Origin: Squalus acanthias
Taxonomy: Eukaryota
DNA: 64,000 nucleotides
NCBI GenBank assembly: GCA_030390025.1
Contig: CM059451.1
Span: 20,460,001-20,524,000 of the forward strand
Reading direction: 5' to 3'
Made by a program: the position numbers and the translations under genes
Notes under the pieces: model-generated
The model's database searches: none
Told to the model about the DNA's origin: nothing
Seen by the model: only the letters and a program-made list of their open reading frames with translations
Shown here: positions 39,445-52,407 of the stretch, one piece after another
Numbering within the stretch: position 1 is the first letter of the stretch
Layout of the letters: the number at the start of each line of letters is the position of its first letter

Positions 39445-39820
39445 TAGAACCACAGAGGCCATTTGGCCCACTGTGGTTGTGCTAGCTCTTTGCTAGAGCA
39501 ATCAAAATGTAATCCCAAAGTCCTATCCTCTCCCCATGGCCTTGTATCTTCTTTTACTTAAAGTATTTATCCAATTTTCCCCTAAAAGATACAATGGTTC
39601 TACCACAGCCACTCCCTGTTGCAAAGCATTTCTTGCTTCAGCAGCCCTCTATGAGAAGAAAGTTCTCCTAACCTCTCTCTTCTCTTCGTAATGATTTTAA
39701 ATTGATGACCCCTTCGTCACCGACTCCCCGACCAGAGGAAATAGTCTTTTCCTATTCACTATCGTAATTTCAGAAATCTCTATTAAATTTCCTCTTGGCT
39801 TTCTCCGATCCAGTGGAAAC
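39445..39820 (-). mobile_element. Decayed CR1 LINE 3' fragment
   Basis: GAGGCCATTTGGCCCA...TATCCAATT...GACCAGAGGAAATAG antisense CR1 tail pattern. Confidence 0.6.
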
Positions 39821-41036
39821 ACTCACGATATGGCCAGGCATTCCTCAGAAATTTGAGATCTTTACAACCAAGGAAAGGGGTGCAGTTACCAACAAGATAT
39901 GGTTACCACACGCACGTACACACACACACACAAAAAGGAGAGAAATAAACAAGCCATGATTACAGATCAGGCCTCAGATGCCACAAGAACTCCTGCAATT
40001 ATTTGCCATAAAAGTCAGTTGCCCCATTATTAATGATTTAATGCAGCATTATGGCTTTCAAAAATTGAAATTAATTGAGTTTCAATCTAGTATGTGTTTA
40101 ATTTCTGTCCTCCCACACTTCTCAATCAGATAAATTAACAGTTTATTGTCTTTTGATAGTTCAACTATGTCATTAAAATACAGTAAGATGTTAATCCATC
40201 TAATTGTAAAGTGTGAAAAGACACGAAGCATTTCAGACTTGCTTTATCCCCCCAACTCCTGTAATTCCAAAAAGAAGGAGTCTTAGTACTAACAATTTGG
40301 AGTACATATTGAAACTCCCGAAGCACAACAGATCAAAATTCACCTGGAACAGTTGGACTGTATGCTAATTAGGTTTCAGAGTGTGCTGTACAGTTTTTAT
40401 TTTTCATTATTATGCAAAAGATTCAATAGTTAGTGGTGATACTGGAGCAACTTTTGGCACTTTTACACTGGTGCTTATTTAGATCAGATCATCGAAGGCC
40501 AGCACCCATCTGCCAGTTTCTCACAATTAAACTGCCAAATCTGGCTCTCTTTATCCCAGCAGTAGATCCAATTCTTCATGGGTCTACAACTCTACCACCA
40601 GAAAAAAAGAGGCAGATTTAGCGCTGCAAACTCAGGAAGCCAGCGCATGGGCACACTCTACTGTGATCTGAACTAAATAAGCCCCACGTGTAAAAGTGTC
40701 AACACTGACATTCAGAAGGGTGTTGTACAGAGGCTGGACATTCAATACAGCACTGGAGAAATTAGAAAATGGGGCTCATAAAAGTACAGCAGAATAAATA
40801 ATAAATACATGAAAAATAAGCACTAAATTTGCCTATTCTTCAATTATTCAGGCATGGAACACCCAGCAGCACCTTGTAGAGGTTGTGTTCTAAAATGCAG
40901 GCAAGGCAAACTTGTCTGCTGAGTTCCAGAAGGCTTTGCATCACTGTAAAGAACACAGGCACGCAAGTAAATTAAATTATTCCAATTTATTCCTTTTCAG
41001 AAATGCAATGTTTCTGTTAAACTGCAGTAAACACAT

Positions 41037-41796
41037 TGGGCCAGAATTTACTGGGAAAATAAGGCGAGTTAAATGCACACGCTGTTGTGTGTGTGTAAAA
41101 AAATAAATAGTAATTTGTGGCGTGGTAGAGATACATCGTGAATTGCGAATAGTCACAAATTGCAGGATGATTTGTGATACTCCACCGTTTAGCTTTGTTC
41201 AAACCAGAGCTCGCTGTCAATCGCCCCGTGAGTTTCAAGAAATTGCTGCATTTGCGCCGTAAATACGAATAAAACTCACCGCAGAAAGTTAGGGCTAATA
41301 TTTAATGACGTATGGGCCCTTTTAATGACGAGATTTATGTTCCTGCAATGCCACTCAAGCTTTCCGGCTCAGGAAGGGAACAATTGAAAGTGTGGAGTCT
41401 CACTTCTGCAGATAGTAAATTGTCCCTAGAGTTTTTAAAAATGTCTTTTTTCTTGTTTTCCTGTGTCTCTTATTTCTCTCTCTCTCTCTCTTGAAACAAT
41501 CTTTCTTTCCCTCTCCATTTCTCTTTCTGTATCTAATTTCACTCCAATTCCTATTTCCTTCTCCTTCATTCCTCTGTTCCTCTCTCTATCCTTAAATTTA
41601 ATTGGTTAAGGAGATAGACCGTTGGTCCTGTCGTTCACCATGGCACCAGGATCTCAAGGTCCCAACCTCAGCAACTGTCAACTTGTACTTCCAGCGATTT
41701 GCGGCGCTAAATTGTTTTTCGAGCTGAAGGGTGAGGGAAAAAACACAACTTACGGGGCACGCCACAAGATTCTCCACTCCAGCAAATTCTGGCCCA
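41037..41796. mobile_element. Non-autonomous DNA transposon, PIF/Harbinger-like (copy 1)
   Basis: TIRs TGGGCCAGAATTTACTGG / CCAGCAAATTCTGGCCCA (17 of 18 match); colinear with 61956-62691. Confidence 0.78.
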
Positions 41797-42371
41797 CTAT
41801 TTCCTTTAAGAGGACCACTACGAATATCAAATGACTTCCACTCAGTCTCAGATTAAAAAATGAGTTAATCTTTCATTAAAGGAAACAACCAAGACAAGTT
41901 TTAATGTCTTGCTTCAGGGCATTTGAGACAGATCCTAACTGCTCATCTAGTTAGAAGAGTGATACTTTCAACAGAGTAATGTCTTTCCCACCAAAAAAAA
42001 TTTAAACTTGATCTATAAAACTTGCGGAAAACCGAAGATGTATGCCAAGAATTGCAGATTTTGGTACAGCGACTGAAAATGCCACGGATTGTATGAACAC
42101 AAACTACCTCCTGTTGGAATTCTCCACTGAAATATTTAATTCTCTTAAACACTTGCAAAGTAGACAGGCTTTCTACCAAATCAATACTGCAAAAATGTTT
42201 CAGAAATGTGTTTATGTTGAAGGTTAGAAAATATAAACTAGAACCAGTTTCTCTATATTCATTCTTAGCAAATCAATTCTGGCTTGTATTTAGATAATTG
42301 GTCCGAAAAATAACAGGGTTAAATGAGTCAAACCAGTGCACAGTTTTTACAAAAGGAAAATAGAGACATAC

Positions 42372-42476
42372 CACTCAGAGAACGGCTGGGTGAAGAGTGC
42401 TGACTGTTAGGTGTGCTCACCGTGGGACCCACCATCGCCCCAGAGAACTCTTTGTCCATTGAAGAGTCACCGCTCC
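42372..42476 (-). CDS. IKZF4: IKZF4 coding exon 2 (105 nt)
   Basis: ctttccgtacag|GG...AGT G|gtatgt; encodes SGDSSMDKEFSGAMVGPTVSTPNSQHSSPSRSLS. Confidence 0.95.
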
Positions 42477-44184
42477 CTGTACGGAAAGAAAAACAATTTT
42501 TTTGTTTGAAAAGACGGTAATTTATCGCTGGAAACACAATTCACCTTTTCGATTTAGGACTGTGGAAAATACTTTTTTTTTTAAAAAATTAACAAGGATG
42601 GAAATGACACAGCAATTTGCAACACAAAATCAACAGTATGAATTTTCAAAAACTTAAAAGTTCAAATCAAGTTCAGGTCCCGAGGACTCAACAACATATA
42701 CAGCACGTCAGATAGATACACACACAATATACAGTACAACTGCAATACATTTTCAAAATTATACAGCAGTTCTTGATATTTAGAGTCAATGCCATCCCTG
42801 CAAAAACTTGTACTGCACAGTTAATTTCAGATAATCCATGTACCAAACACTTCCCAGTCACTCTCATTATACAGTACCAGTAGAGAATGTCTGATGCATG
42901 CCCGAGACTCAGATACAGAATACTGATCAAGGTTTAACATAATTCAGCATCTCAAATGCTCAGTTCACTTGATATATTCGAAATGCATTGGCCAATTTCA
43001 CTGCAGCACGTTAGGTGGCTTATCTTTCACTCATTAATAGCTGCTTGTAAAAGTTTTTTTTTTCCTATTTAGATTCCACTGCAGTGTAACTGATTCACTG
43101 GACGGAGGTGCAAATCTTGCAAATCAGTCAATTTGCATAGTTCCACACAGAAATATTGATATACACACAAAGTATTAATCAAACTTTGTCAAATGCTTAT
43201 TTTGATTTGATTGTACTTACTTGGCAATCCACTGTACCTGGGCAGTAGGATAATCTACTGAAACATCTTATGCCTTAGTGGGCAAACTTTATACTACTTG
43301 TGACCTTTAAATCCATAGAGGGAAAAAAAGATATGGATCATAAATTAGCTGCTTGTACCACACCCCCCAAAATCTCCACCAGTTCTTTAGATTCCATCTC
43401 CAAAACCGGCAACGACAATGCAGTGGCCAAGCTTCATTCCACAAAATTATTTTCCTTTTGATTCCTGACACTATGGCGTAATCAGTTTTATTTTAAACAG
43501 AAAAGGCACAGTCCAGTGAATTCTTCACTCCAAGGGTTGCTTTTAATTTTAGTTAAGTGAACCACCAGCTTCTGGAGAGACAAGAGAAACAGCTCACACA
43601 ACCTGCCAATATACAGCAGCCACCACCTTCATACCGGCCTCGTTGTACCTAAATGTAAACGGTCAAATTCATTTTAAAAAAGTAACCAAATGTAAACTGA
43701 ACATTCAGACAAGACATGGAGAGCTAGGGCTGTAATCTGGGGGTCAGCAAAGAACATGAAAAATAGAAGAAAGGTCCAAAAGTAATAACGAGAGAAGAGG
43801 TCCTTCAATCCAACTAGATCTATACAACAGCAGCTTTCTTTTTGCACAACCGTAACCTTAAATCACCTCCCTCTTCCGCCTTAAACCAAGTCCTGCAACA
43901 ACTTCAAATTCAACATTTGCAAAAAACCTAGTGCTGAAACACTCAAATTGACACCATCCGAATTTTGCTTCATTGGCTCAAAATAAACAGATGTCCAAAG
44001 TGTCAAAAGTGCAACATGCTTTATTAGAACTTTAGCAAAAACTAGTCATTGGAATCCAGCAATGGTGTCACTTAGATTCGGAAATTTAACAGGATTTCAG
44101 TTCTCAATTCCACACAAAAAAAAGGGTTCAATTTGAGAGGGCACAGAGAAACAACCCTGAAAATGACAGTGACTTGATGCATTA

Positions 44185-44900
44185 TCCCTTCTCAACCGCA
44201 GTCTTGGACACAGTTGACCATGCCATCCTTCTCCAACACTTCTCCTTTGCTGTCAAGTTCTGTGGGAATGCATTTGCCTGGTCCACTTTTAGTTTCCAAT
44301 CGTAGCCAGAATATCTCCAGCATTGGCTACTCTTCCCACCCCTACGGAGTCACCGCCAGAGTCTCCAAGATCCATCCTTGTCCCTCACCCTTTCCTCATC
44401 TACATACTACCCCCATGCTGACATCATTCACAGATGGGTCAGCTTCCAAATGTACTCTGATACCACCTCATTTCACATCTCCACCACCTCTCTTGACCCC
44501 CTTACTGCCTCTGCGCTGTCAGACTGCTTGTTTGATATCCAGTCTTGGATGTCTCAACTTTCTCCAGCTAAACTTTCTCTACTGCCTCGCCTCCAATTCC
44601 ATCCCCCTCCCCAGCTACTATTCCAGGCTGAACCAAACTGTTCACAACCTTTCATACTGTTTGAGCCTGAGCCAAGTATCCAACTCCATATCCTCTCGAT
44701 CACAACGATCGCCGACTTCCACCTCCACCCATACCTCAGCCTACCCGCCACAAACGGTCACTCCTGCCATTATCACCGCCAGACTCGATTACTCCAAAGT
44801 TTGTGGTTGGTCTCCAATCCTCTACAAACTCCAACTCTTTCCAAAACTCTGTGACTCATATCCTACACCAAGTCCCACCTGCCCATCATCCCTTTGGTTA
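44185..44900 (+). mobile_element. L2 LINE RT fragment
   Basis: Decayed DTVDHAILL, YSDDT and CLFDIQSWM motifs; inverted relative to the 44980-47050 copy. Confidence 0.75.
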
Positions 44901-44979
44901 TTCTTCCCAATCTCCTCCTTTTGTTTTCCCCACGCCTCTGGAAAACCGTGGAAAGTCTTCCCCTTACATTAAAGGCTCT

Positions 44980-47050
44980 ATATAACAATAACTTGCATGT
45001 TTCTAGGTTAAAGGTGCGATATAAAACATCCCACAGCACTTCACAAAAGCATAATGAACAGAGAGCCAAAAGGAGGGGATATTAGGAGGGTATTAGAAGA
45101 TAAAAGCTTGGGTTTTATGGAGGGTCTTAAAAGGAGGGCCAGCAGCCCTGACAACACACAAGCAGTTGAGAAAGGTGGAGAGATAGAGCTGGGTGTCGTC
45201 AGCGCACATGTGGAAGCTGACCTCATGTGGATTATGTCGCCAAAGGGCAGCATGTAGATGAGGAAGAGGAGGCGGCCAAGGATAGATCCTTAGGGAACTC
45301 CAGAGATAACGATGCGAGGGCACAAACAAACGATTTCTGGAAATACTCTGGACACAATCAGATAGGTAAGAGTGAAACCGAGGGCAGTCCCATTGAGCTG
45401 GACAACAGAGAAGAGGCATTGGAGGAGGATGGTGGAGTCCACCGTGTCGAAGGCTGCAGTGAAGTCGAGGAGGGATAACGCAGCATGGTCACAGTCACAA
45501 ATGTAATTTGTGACTTTGGTTAGGGCTGTTTCAGTGCTGTGGCAGGGGTGGAGACCTGACAGAGATTCAAAGAGGAAGTTGTGGGAAAGGTGAGCATGCA
45601 TTTGGGAGGCAACAAAACATTCAAGGACTTGAGAAGAAATGGAGATTGGAAATGGGGTGGTATATTGCAAGGACAGAAGGGTCCAGGGTGGCTTTTTTGA
45701 AGAGGGAAGAGTGATGATGGCAGTTTTGAAAGATAGGACAGTACCGAAGGTGAGGGAATCATTTACAATGTCAGCTACCATGAGGCTCCAAGAAAGGAAG
45801 GTGCATGATCAGCAGAAGTGGAGTCAAGGGAGCAGGAGGTGCATCTCATGGGACGATATAAGCTCGGGGGGTGGGGGGGAAGGAAGAAGGAAATTGGGCG
45901 AGAACCTGTAGAAAGATATGGGATCATGGCTGGGGCAAGCAGCAAAGGCAGAAGGAAGTAGGGCTGGAAGGTTGTAGTGAGATGTGGGTGGTGAAAGATA
46001 CAAGGACGTAGTCAGAAATTGGCTGTGTGTGTGTGATCGAGACTATGGGAGTAGAGAGATTGCATGAGATGGCATGGTTGCGGGAGTGGCCGTGAATATG
46101 GGTAGGAGAGTTTATATGGAGGGAGTGGGTTAGGGAGGACAGAAGGGCAGTGAATTCAGAGGAGGGAGGGCAAGGGGAGTGGAGATGGAGGTTGAAATTG
46201 CCAAGGATGAGGAGCTGCTCAGTGCAGAGGCCGAGGGAGGATCTCTCTGAGAAACTTGGGGTAGGGAGGGGATTTTAAAGGAGAGGAGAGGAGAGAGGGG
46301 TGGAACATGTGAGGTGCTCAAAGGAGAAGTGCCAGAGGAGTATGAAGAGAGACATGGTGTGATTTGGTGAGAAAAACCATATCATTATCATGATAGTTTG
46401 GGCAGAGCAGGTGGTGGAAGTACTATCCAGGTGGGGAGACTTCAATGTCATCAACCATAATCCAAGTTTCTGTCAAAGCCAGGATGTCCATGCAATCATG
46501 CATAAGGTGGTCGTGGATGACACGGGTGTCTTGTGCATGAGCGAACAGACATTCTAGAGGGAAATGCGGAGAGGGTCAGTGATTGATCCACTAAGATAGT
46601 GGTGGGTGGGGCGAGTGGGATGTGAAGGTGGTGGGTGAGGTTAGCCCCCAGAGGGCAGACTGTGCAGGAATGTCACCAAGAGAGGACGACACGAGAGGTG
46701 CAGTTGGAGTTGCTGCTCCCAAGGAGGCAGCGACGGGTGCCTCGATGGGCCTTTTGGAGACTGCTAAGAGAGGCACAGAGGATAGCTGCGCGCTTATTCA
46801 AGGGAGATTCATAGCTGGAACAGCGGCAAGAGAGAGTAGGAAGGCAGAGGGATAGAGATGAGTTGGGGTAAATTGGGGGGGTGGGGGGGGGGGGGAGAAA
46901 GAGAGAGAGAAAAGAGAAGGGAAAGTTGCCATGATTGGGCGACAGGAAGGGAGGAGACAGGAGAGAAGGGCCAAAGAGAAAAAAGATAGGGAGATAGAAG
47001 GGATATTTCAGATCTGGAGTGGCAGCCAAAATGTGGACTCGAAGGACACA
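44980..47050 (-). mobile_element. Long decayed L2 LINE (3' tail, RT and APE endonuclease remnants)
   Basis: HSTETALTKVTN...LDFTAAFDTVDSTILL and ADDTQLYLS; upstream LGNFNLH and ILALTETW endonuclease motifs. Confidence 0.82.
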
Positions 47051-48139
47051 CAGGGAATTGAGGTTACATAGGCATGGCAGAGATTACAAGAAACAGGTCC
47101 TGCTCGTAAAGAGGACCGTATAAATGTAAGCAGTTGCAGCTGAGGTGCCTCAAATATTCATGATATTTTAGAAGATTTTTTACAGAATCTAAATAGATCG
47201 AAAAGAAGATTAAAGGGGGGAGGGCGACTCACTGCTCACTATCATACTGCTTTTAAAAAATCAACGCTGTACTTTCAGCAAAGTTATAGAATACCTGACT
47301 ATGTTTAATTTGAGAAAATAAAACTTGCTACATCACAAATCTATAGGGTAGAGGTTTAAGATTCCAATCAGGGTAAAGAAATAAAAAAGACAATTCCCCC
47401 AGTCCATTCTCACCTATTTCCCAGATTGTAGCCATGAAAGAATTCATAGATGAACAGGGGGGGAAAGTAAACTGGCTACCCACCTCTGGAGTGGGAAGGG
47501 GAGAACGTGTGGAACTGTTACGTGGTGCAGGAGTAAATCATGACCATATTATCGCAGTACAATGGAACCTTGCTGGTCCAAAATTATGACAATTAACAGT
47601 ATTGTCAGCAACGTAAAGTTTCACTTTGTTGAACAGGTCCTGCAAGGAAACTCATGTTCTTCAGGATAAGCTTTTTGGCCGAGTGAGAGATAAGGAAAAC
47701 ATTTTGCAAAAGTTAAGTCAAAACAAATTCAGCCGCAAGGCAGTGTACAGCAACGGCCAATAATGCCTCCCCCTTTGCCTGGAGCTCCGCATTCCCTCCT
47801 CAACAATTCCCTACATAGCATCGCTCAAATCGGGTATTGAGCCAAGTGGGGTGTACTAGCACATTTGTCGAACTGACTCCACTCTCTTCCTTCTTCCTTA
47901 TTTTTAAATTTTAAATTTCATTGGATCAGAGCAGAAACAGCAGCCCAGGTGATTCCTAGGAAAGCCTGCGCAAGGGAAGCAAGACAGCTGCAGGATGACA
48001 GAAGCCAAGTAGAGTGGCAGCTGCCAAGTTTTAGCACCGCAGTACATTTGGCAGTTGCAGCCTGCCAGTATTTATTACACTCGCAGCTCCACATTTAGTA
48101 GAATCGGACTAATTAAATCTCACCAAAAAAAATTCTTTT

Positions 48140-48280
48140 CATTCTTGGATACTAAGGGACTCGAGGGATATGGGGATAGTGCGGGAAGGTGGAGATGAGG
48201 TAGAAGATCGGCCATGATCTTATTGAATGGCGGAGCAGGCTCGAAGGGCCGAATGGTCAACTCCTGCTCCTTTTCATGTT
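48140..48280 (+). mobile_element. CR1 LINE 3' tail
   Basis: GCCATGATCTTATTGAATGGCGGAGCAGGCTCGAAGGGCCGAATGG nearly identical to 54579-54625. Confidence 0.85.
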
Positions 48281-49604
48281 CATTCTGCGAAATTTGAGAT
48301 TTACTTGTAAACAAAAGCTGAATTGGCCGAATGTCCTTCTTGCCCTATTTGGAAACAGTTATAACCGAGGTTAAAAATCCCTTCCCGATTGAGGACAAAT
48401 GATATGAACTTCAGTCAATCATTGCTTAATTCTGGACTTCTGATGTCCTCCTCCAAAAGGGTTTGCAGAAATTTTGTTAAAATACTAATTAAACCCTGAA
48501 CTAATGAACACGCAATTGAGCTCCTTCCCTTGGCACACGGCAGACGTACTACTCAAAATCACACTTAATTCACAGACATTCAGTTACATATTATTTGCTC
48601 CGTACCTAATGTCTAGTTTTCTCTCAGTTTTAAAATTTCACATGGCTGTCAATGGCAAGGTCCCACTATCTGAATATATATTAATCCCAGCTACTGATGG
48701 TGGGATGAGGGGGGGAATGGAAGGTCACAATGGAAGTGTCAATCTGCCACTCAACACAAAGTGTTTGTTCAAATGAATTGCTAATTTCAGAATCTTAAAA
48801 AAAGGGGGGGGGCAGGGGTAGAAAATAAGTTAAAATTAAAAATATTCAAATATACTTCATAAAAAGCTATCCTTGCTATTAAAAAAAATCAACGGAGAAA
48901 GGGGAAAAACAGCAATTGTATGGAAACCACGAATGTAAAAGAATCAGCTCAGGAAAGAAGTAGATGATTTAGATAATTCCTATTTCTAGATGTACTGAAG
49001 CACATAATAGCTGCTTCATTTAATTTGGATTCTGGGAGTCTGGCATCCAGGAGCTGGCTCCCTGCATTTATGCTGTTAAATCCCTTTTCTGTACATCTGT
49101 GGCAGGTTCTATTACTTGGGTCTATGAGTTTGACACAGAGCGACGGAGAGCTATTTAACAGCACAAACACCAGCTCCTAGATGCCGAGCTCCCAGAATCC
49201 AAAATAAAACATAAAACCAGCTTATAAATAGAAATATAAAAACCACTGCTTGAAGTCACAGGCTGACTTGAAGAAGCATTTTACTGCGTCATGTTTTAAG
49301 TAAAGTGTTACTTATAAACATTGCATTGCAATAATTAGTAATGCAAACACACAAGATTCCCCTCAAATAACCTGTTAAATTTCCACTCGGCAGAAAGCAT
49401 TCCTCAACCATTTTCATTAAATTGGTGTCTGACCGAATTGGGTGGGGTGAAATCATCTCGCCGGTTGAATACAAAATGCATGAGGCTTGAAGGGGGGGGT
49501 GGGGGGAGTCTTCCATTTTGCAATGTAACTCGAGCCTCGAGAAGAGCAAAATAAAGCAGGCCACACACTACTGCCAGGTATTTTCATACTGTTAGCAACA
49601 CATC

Positions 49605-49637
49605 TTCCTGGAAATGGTTCTTCCAAGAAATGAAACT
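49605..49637. promoter_or_regulatory. Candidate intronic cytokine-response element: tandem GAS (STAT5-type) sites plus IRF/ISRE-like motif
   Basis: TTCCTGGAA (49605-49613), 7-bp spacer, TTCCAAGAA (49621-49629), overlapping GAAATGAAACT; lies in apparently non-repetitive sequence. Confidence 0.45.
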
Positions 49638-49866
49638 GAGCCAGCCTCCTCACAGTCTGCGACTGCACAGATCGCAAGAAAGTGACCTACAGCATCAAGC
49701 AGGGCCAACTGATCCATAGCTTCAAGATGTCTCGCCTCTCAATTTGAGGGGCAAATTCTTAATACAGCATTACATTTAGTGGAGCTCTCCTTCACACATT
49801 AAAAAAAATTATACATGAAGTCAGTTCTTGTTTCTGACTTTAATGTGCTGGGAAATGAATTATCAG

Positions 49867-50006
49867 CAACATTCCCTCTAAGCTGTGCGCGTGCAGTAAT
49901 CTGGATGGTCTTGCACAGGATGCTCACAAGCTTCTCTAGCTGAAATACCGCGCATGCGCAGAAAATTTAAAAGGAGTGCAACAAAGACAACCGAGAGGGA
50001 ACATTG
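49867..50006. mobile_element. hAT-superfamily MITE (copy 1)
   Basis: TIRs CAACATTCCCTCT / AGAGGGAACATTG; degenerate 8-bp TSD ATTATCAG / GTCATCAG. Confidence 0.75.
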
Positions 50007-50214
50007 GTCATCAGGAAGACCTGCTTAGCAAAATAAAACCACCATTTTTCATGTACATTTGGAATTCTGAAATCATTTCATATAGTTAACAAGCAGCAGC
50101 ATAATTAAATTACACACAATTCCTTCCTTCTGCGGGGGGGGGGGGGGGGGGGGGGGGGGTGACTGTGCAATTTGTGCTGTGAGCCTGATAAAATGCGTGA
50201 TCTCAGCAAAAAAA

Positions 50215-50975
50215 AGTTACACACCGCCCACGTGAGACAGCGACTTTCATTTACTTCCCCCAATCCAGTCGACTATATTCACTGCTCATTGTGTGGTCTC
50301 CCCTTGAGTGCTGAGACCACACTCAGATTAGGTGACCACTTTGCTGTACCACCATTATACCCACAAGTGTGACCGCGAGCTGAAACTGCAATCACTTTAC
50401 AGAAGTATAAATTTAACTGGAGTGATGTGTACAAACTTCTGTTATTTTGACCAAGTGACCAATCTTCTAACCGTGAGCCAAGATAGTGAGAGCTGGCAGT
50501 GCGACCGTGTTGGTTAGTGCAGCTGAGCCCAAACCTGTCCTCATCCTGCACCCACTGGGCAGCAATCGAGAGCAGGAATCCTGGCTGATTTCTATCCCTC
50601 ACTCCCCCATCTTGGGGACACAGAGGCTGATTCTAGTATCCCCATCTGATAACCGATTACACACTGGGGCTCAAACCCACCACCATGTCTTCCCCTACTT
50701 TCTTTCCAGAGGGATTGCTTTCCACCCCAACGCACCTTCCTGTACAACCACAGCAGCCTTACAACACATGCCTATTTACCTCCCTCCCCCCCACACTATT
50801 GCCCAGGGCCTCGTTATTATATTCAAGTGTGACCACGAGCACCCCGTGGTTCCCCACTTCAACTCTCCTTTAGTCTCTCCCTTCTGCACGGTTCAAACCA
50901 GGCTCATGAGTATCGCATCTTCCTTCTGAGCTCTCTGCAGTTCTGGTTTGAGCATTGATTCAAACATTAGCTATA
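50215..50975 (+). mobile_element. Decayed Penelope-like GIY-YIG fragments, interrupted by a family C SINE (about 50460-50670, minus)
   Basis: HVRQRLSFTSPNPVDYIHCSLCGL...ETTLRLGDHF and DHEHPVVPHFNSP align by eye with the ORF at 54755-55378. Confidence 0.65.
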
Positions 50976-51232
50976 TCCTCCACTTTCTTCACATGCTGGT
51001 GATGAGGGGTGAAGCTTCATGTCTAGGGAAGGGGAGGTAGGTAGACATCTCTGGTGTAGACCCTTTGTCAGAACACCGTCAGTGGGGGAGGGGGCTGCAC
51101 CCATGTGTTTTTCCCGTTTTCGGGACAGGCAAAGCCACTGTGTTTTTCCAACATTTTCTGTTAAATTTCGGACCTCTTGCCTCAGCCAATTTCCTCTCTT
51201 TCAGTTTGTATTTGCCTCTTCCATATCGTCAC

Positions 51233-51395
51233 CAATGCTCCCGTTAAGCTGCGTGGCCACGCAGCGGTCTGGAGGTCCCGCGCAGGCCACTCAACGGCTT
51301 TACAATGGAGAAACCGCGCACATGTGGAAATGTGAATGGGCCGTGCAGCTCATTAAAGGGGCCGCGCACCCAAAAATAAATTAGAGGGAACATTG
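51233..51395. mobile_element. hAT-superfamily MITE (copy 2)
   Basis: TIRs CAATGCTCCCGTTAA / TTAGAGGGAACATTG; 8-bp TSD ATCGTCAC / CTCGTCAC. Confidence 0.82.
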
Positions 51396-52407
51396 CTCGT
51401 CACCTTCAATAACTTGCACATTCTTTTGTTCTTTTAATGTCTTTCTATTGTCTCACTGAATGATCTTCTGCATAAATTCTATTAAGCAGTATGAAGGTCA
51501 TTCATCCCATTAACCCCCGCCCCCCCCCTCTGCCATTACAGTATCTGTTGCTTCCCCCATCACGTTACTAAAATGCTTGCTTATATTTTAGTTTTCAGTT
51601 TCAATGACGTGTCTGCACCCAAAACGTTAACTTGTCTTTCTACACGTCCTGACTGACCTGTTGTTTTAACAGTTTTTTAAAAAAAATAAGGTATTCAGAT
51701 CGTGACACTCAAAGGTTTTGACATGCACAGGATGCAGTCTTTCATCACTTGCATTTTCTGCAAGCGACATCACATTTTGAATCTTCCTACACTGTCCTTA
51801 CAAACAAATAGTATACTTTAAAAAGTATCACAACTGCAGCATTAAAGTAAGCTTTATGGTATTGACAACAATTTTTTTTTTTTTTTTTTTTAAAAAGGAT
51901 TGGGAAAACTATTTGCTCCAAGTCAGGCTGCCTATGTTAGGGATTAGGTTAGGATCAGTTGGCCAACACTGATAAAATTGAGAAAAATTAATTTGTTACC
52001 TGATCACTTACTGCCATACAATGACTATTTACCTTCTAATTTAAATTCCAGAAGAAATATGAGTCTGCTGCTGAAAATGTAAAGTGCAAGGGTGAAGCAC
52101 AATCGGTTATTGCTTTTAACATGATCCATTTTCCCCAGAAGATCAATAAGAGATGATGATGGGAAATGTCTGGTATTTTGTGCCAAGTATTCACATTTTG
52201 GAAATAGTGCAACAGGATCAGGAATTCTGTGTCATTGTTCATACTTCAACAAGTTACAAAATGGAAGACAATGTCTCCAGGAAAAAAATCGGATAAAAAG
52301 GATCCTCTTTGATGATTAGGGAACGGGTTTGTGTGTGTTAATGTATCCTGCTTGCCAAACAGAGATATCATTTCTGTGGAGCTCAGCAATGGGGAAGTAG
52401 TTACTGG

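Noticed and set aside
44214-44972. 252-aa ORF, the longest in the track
   Set aside because: Off-frame read-through of a decayed L2 RT fragment; not a host gene.
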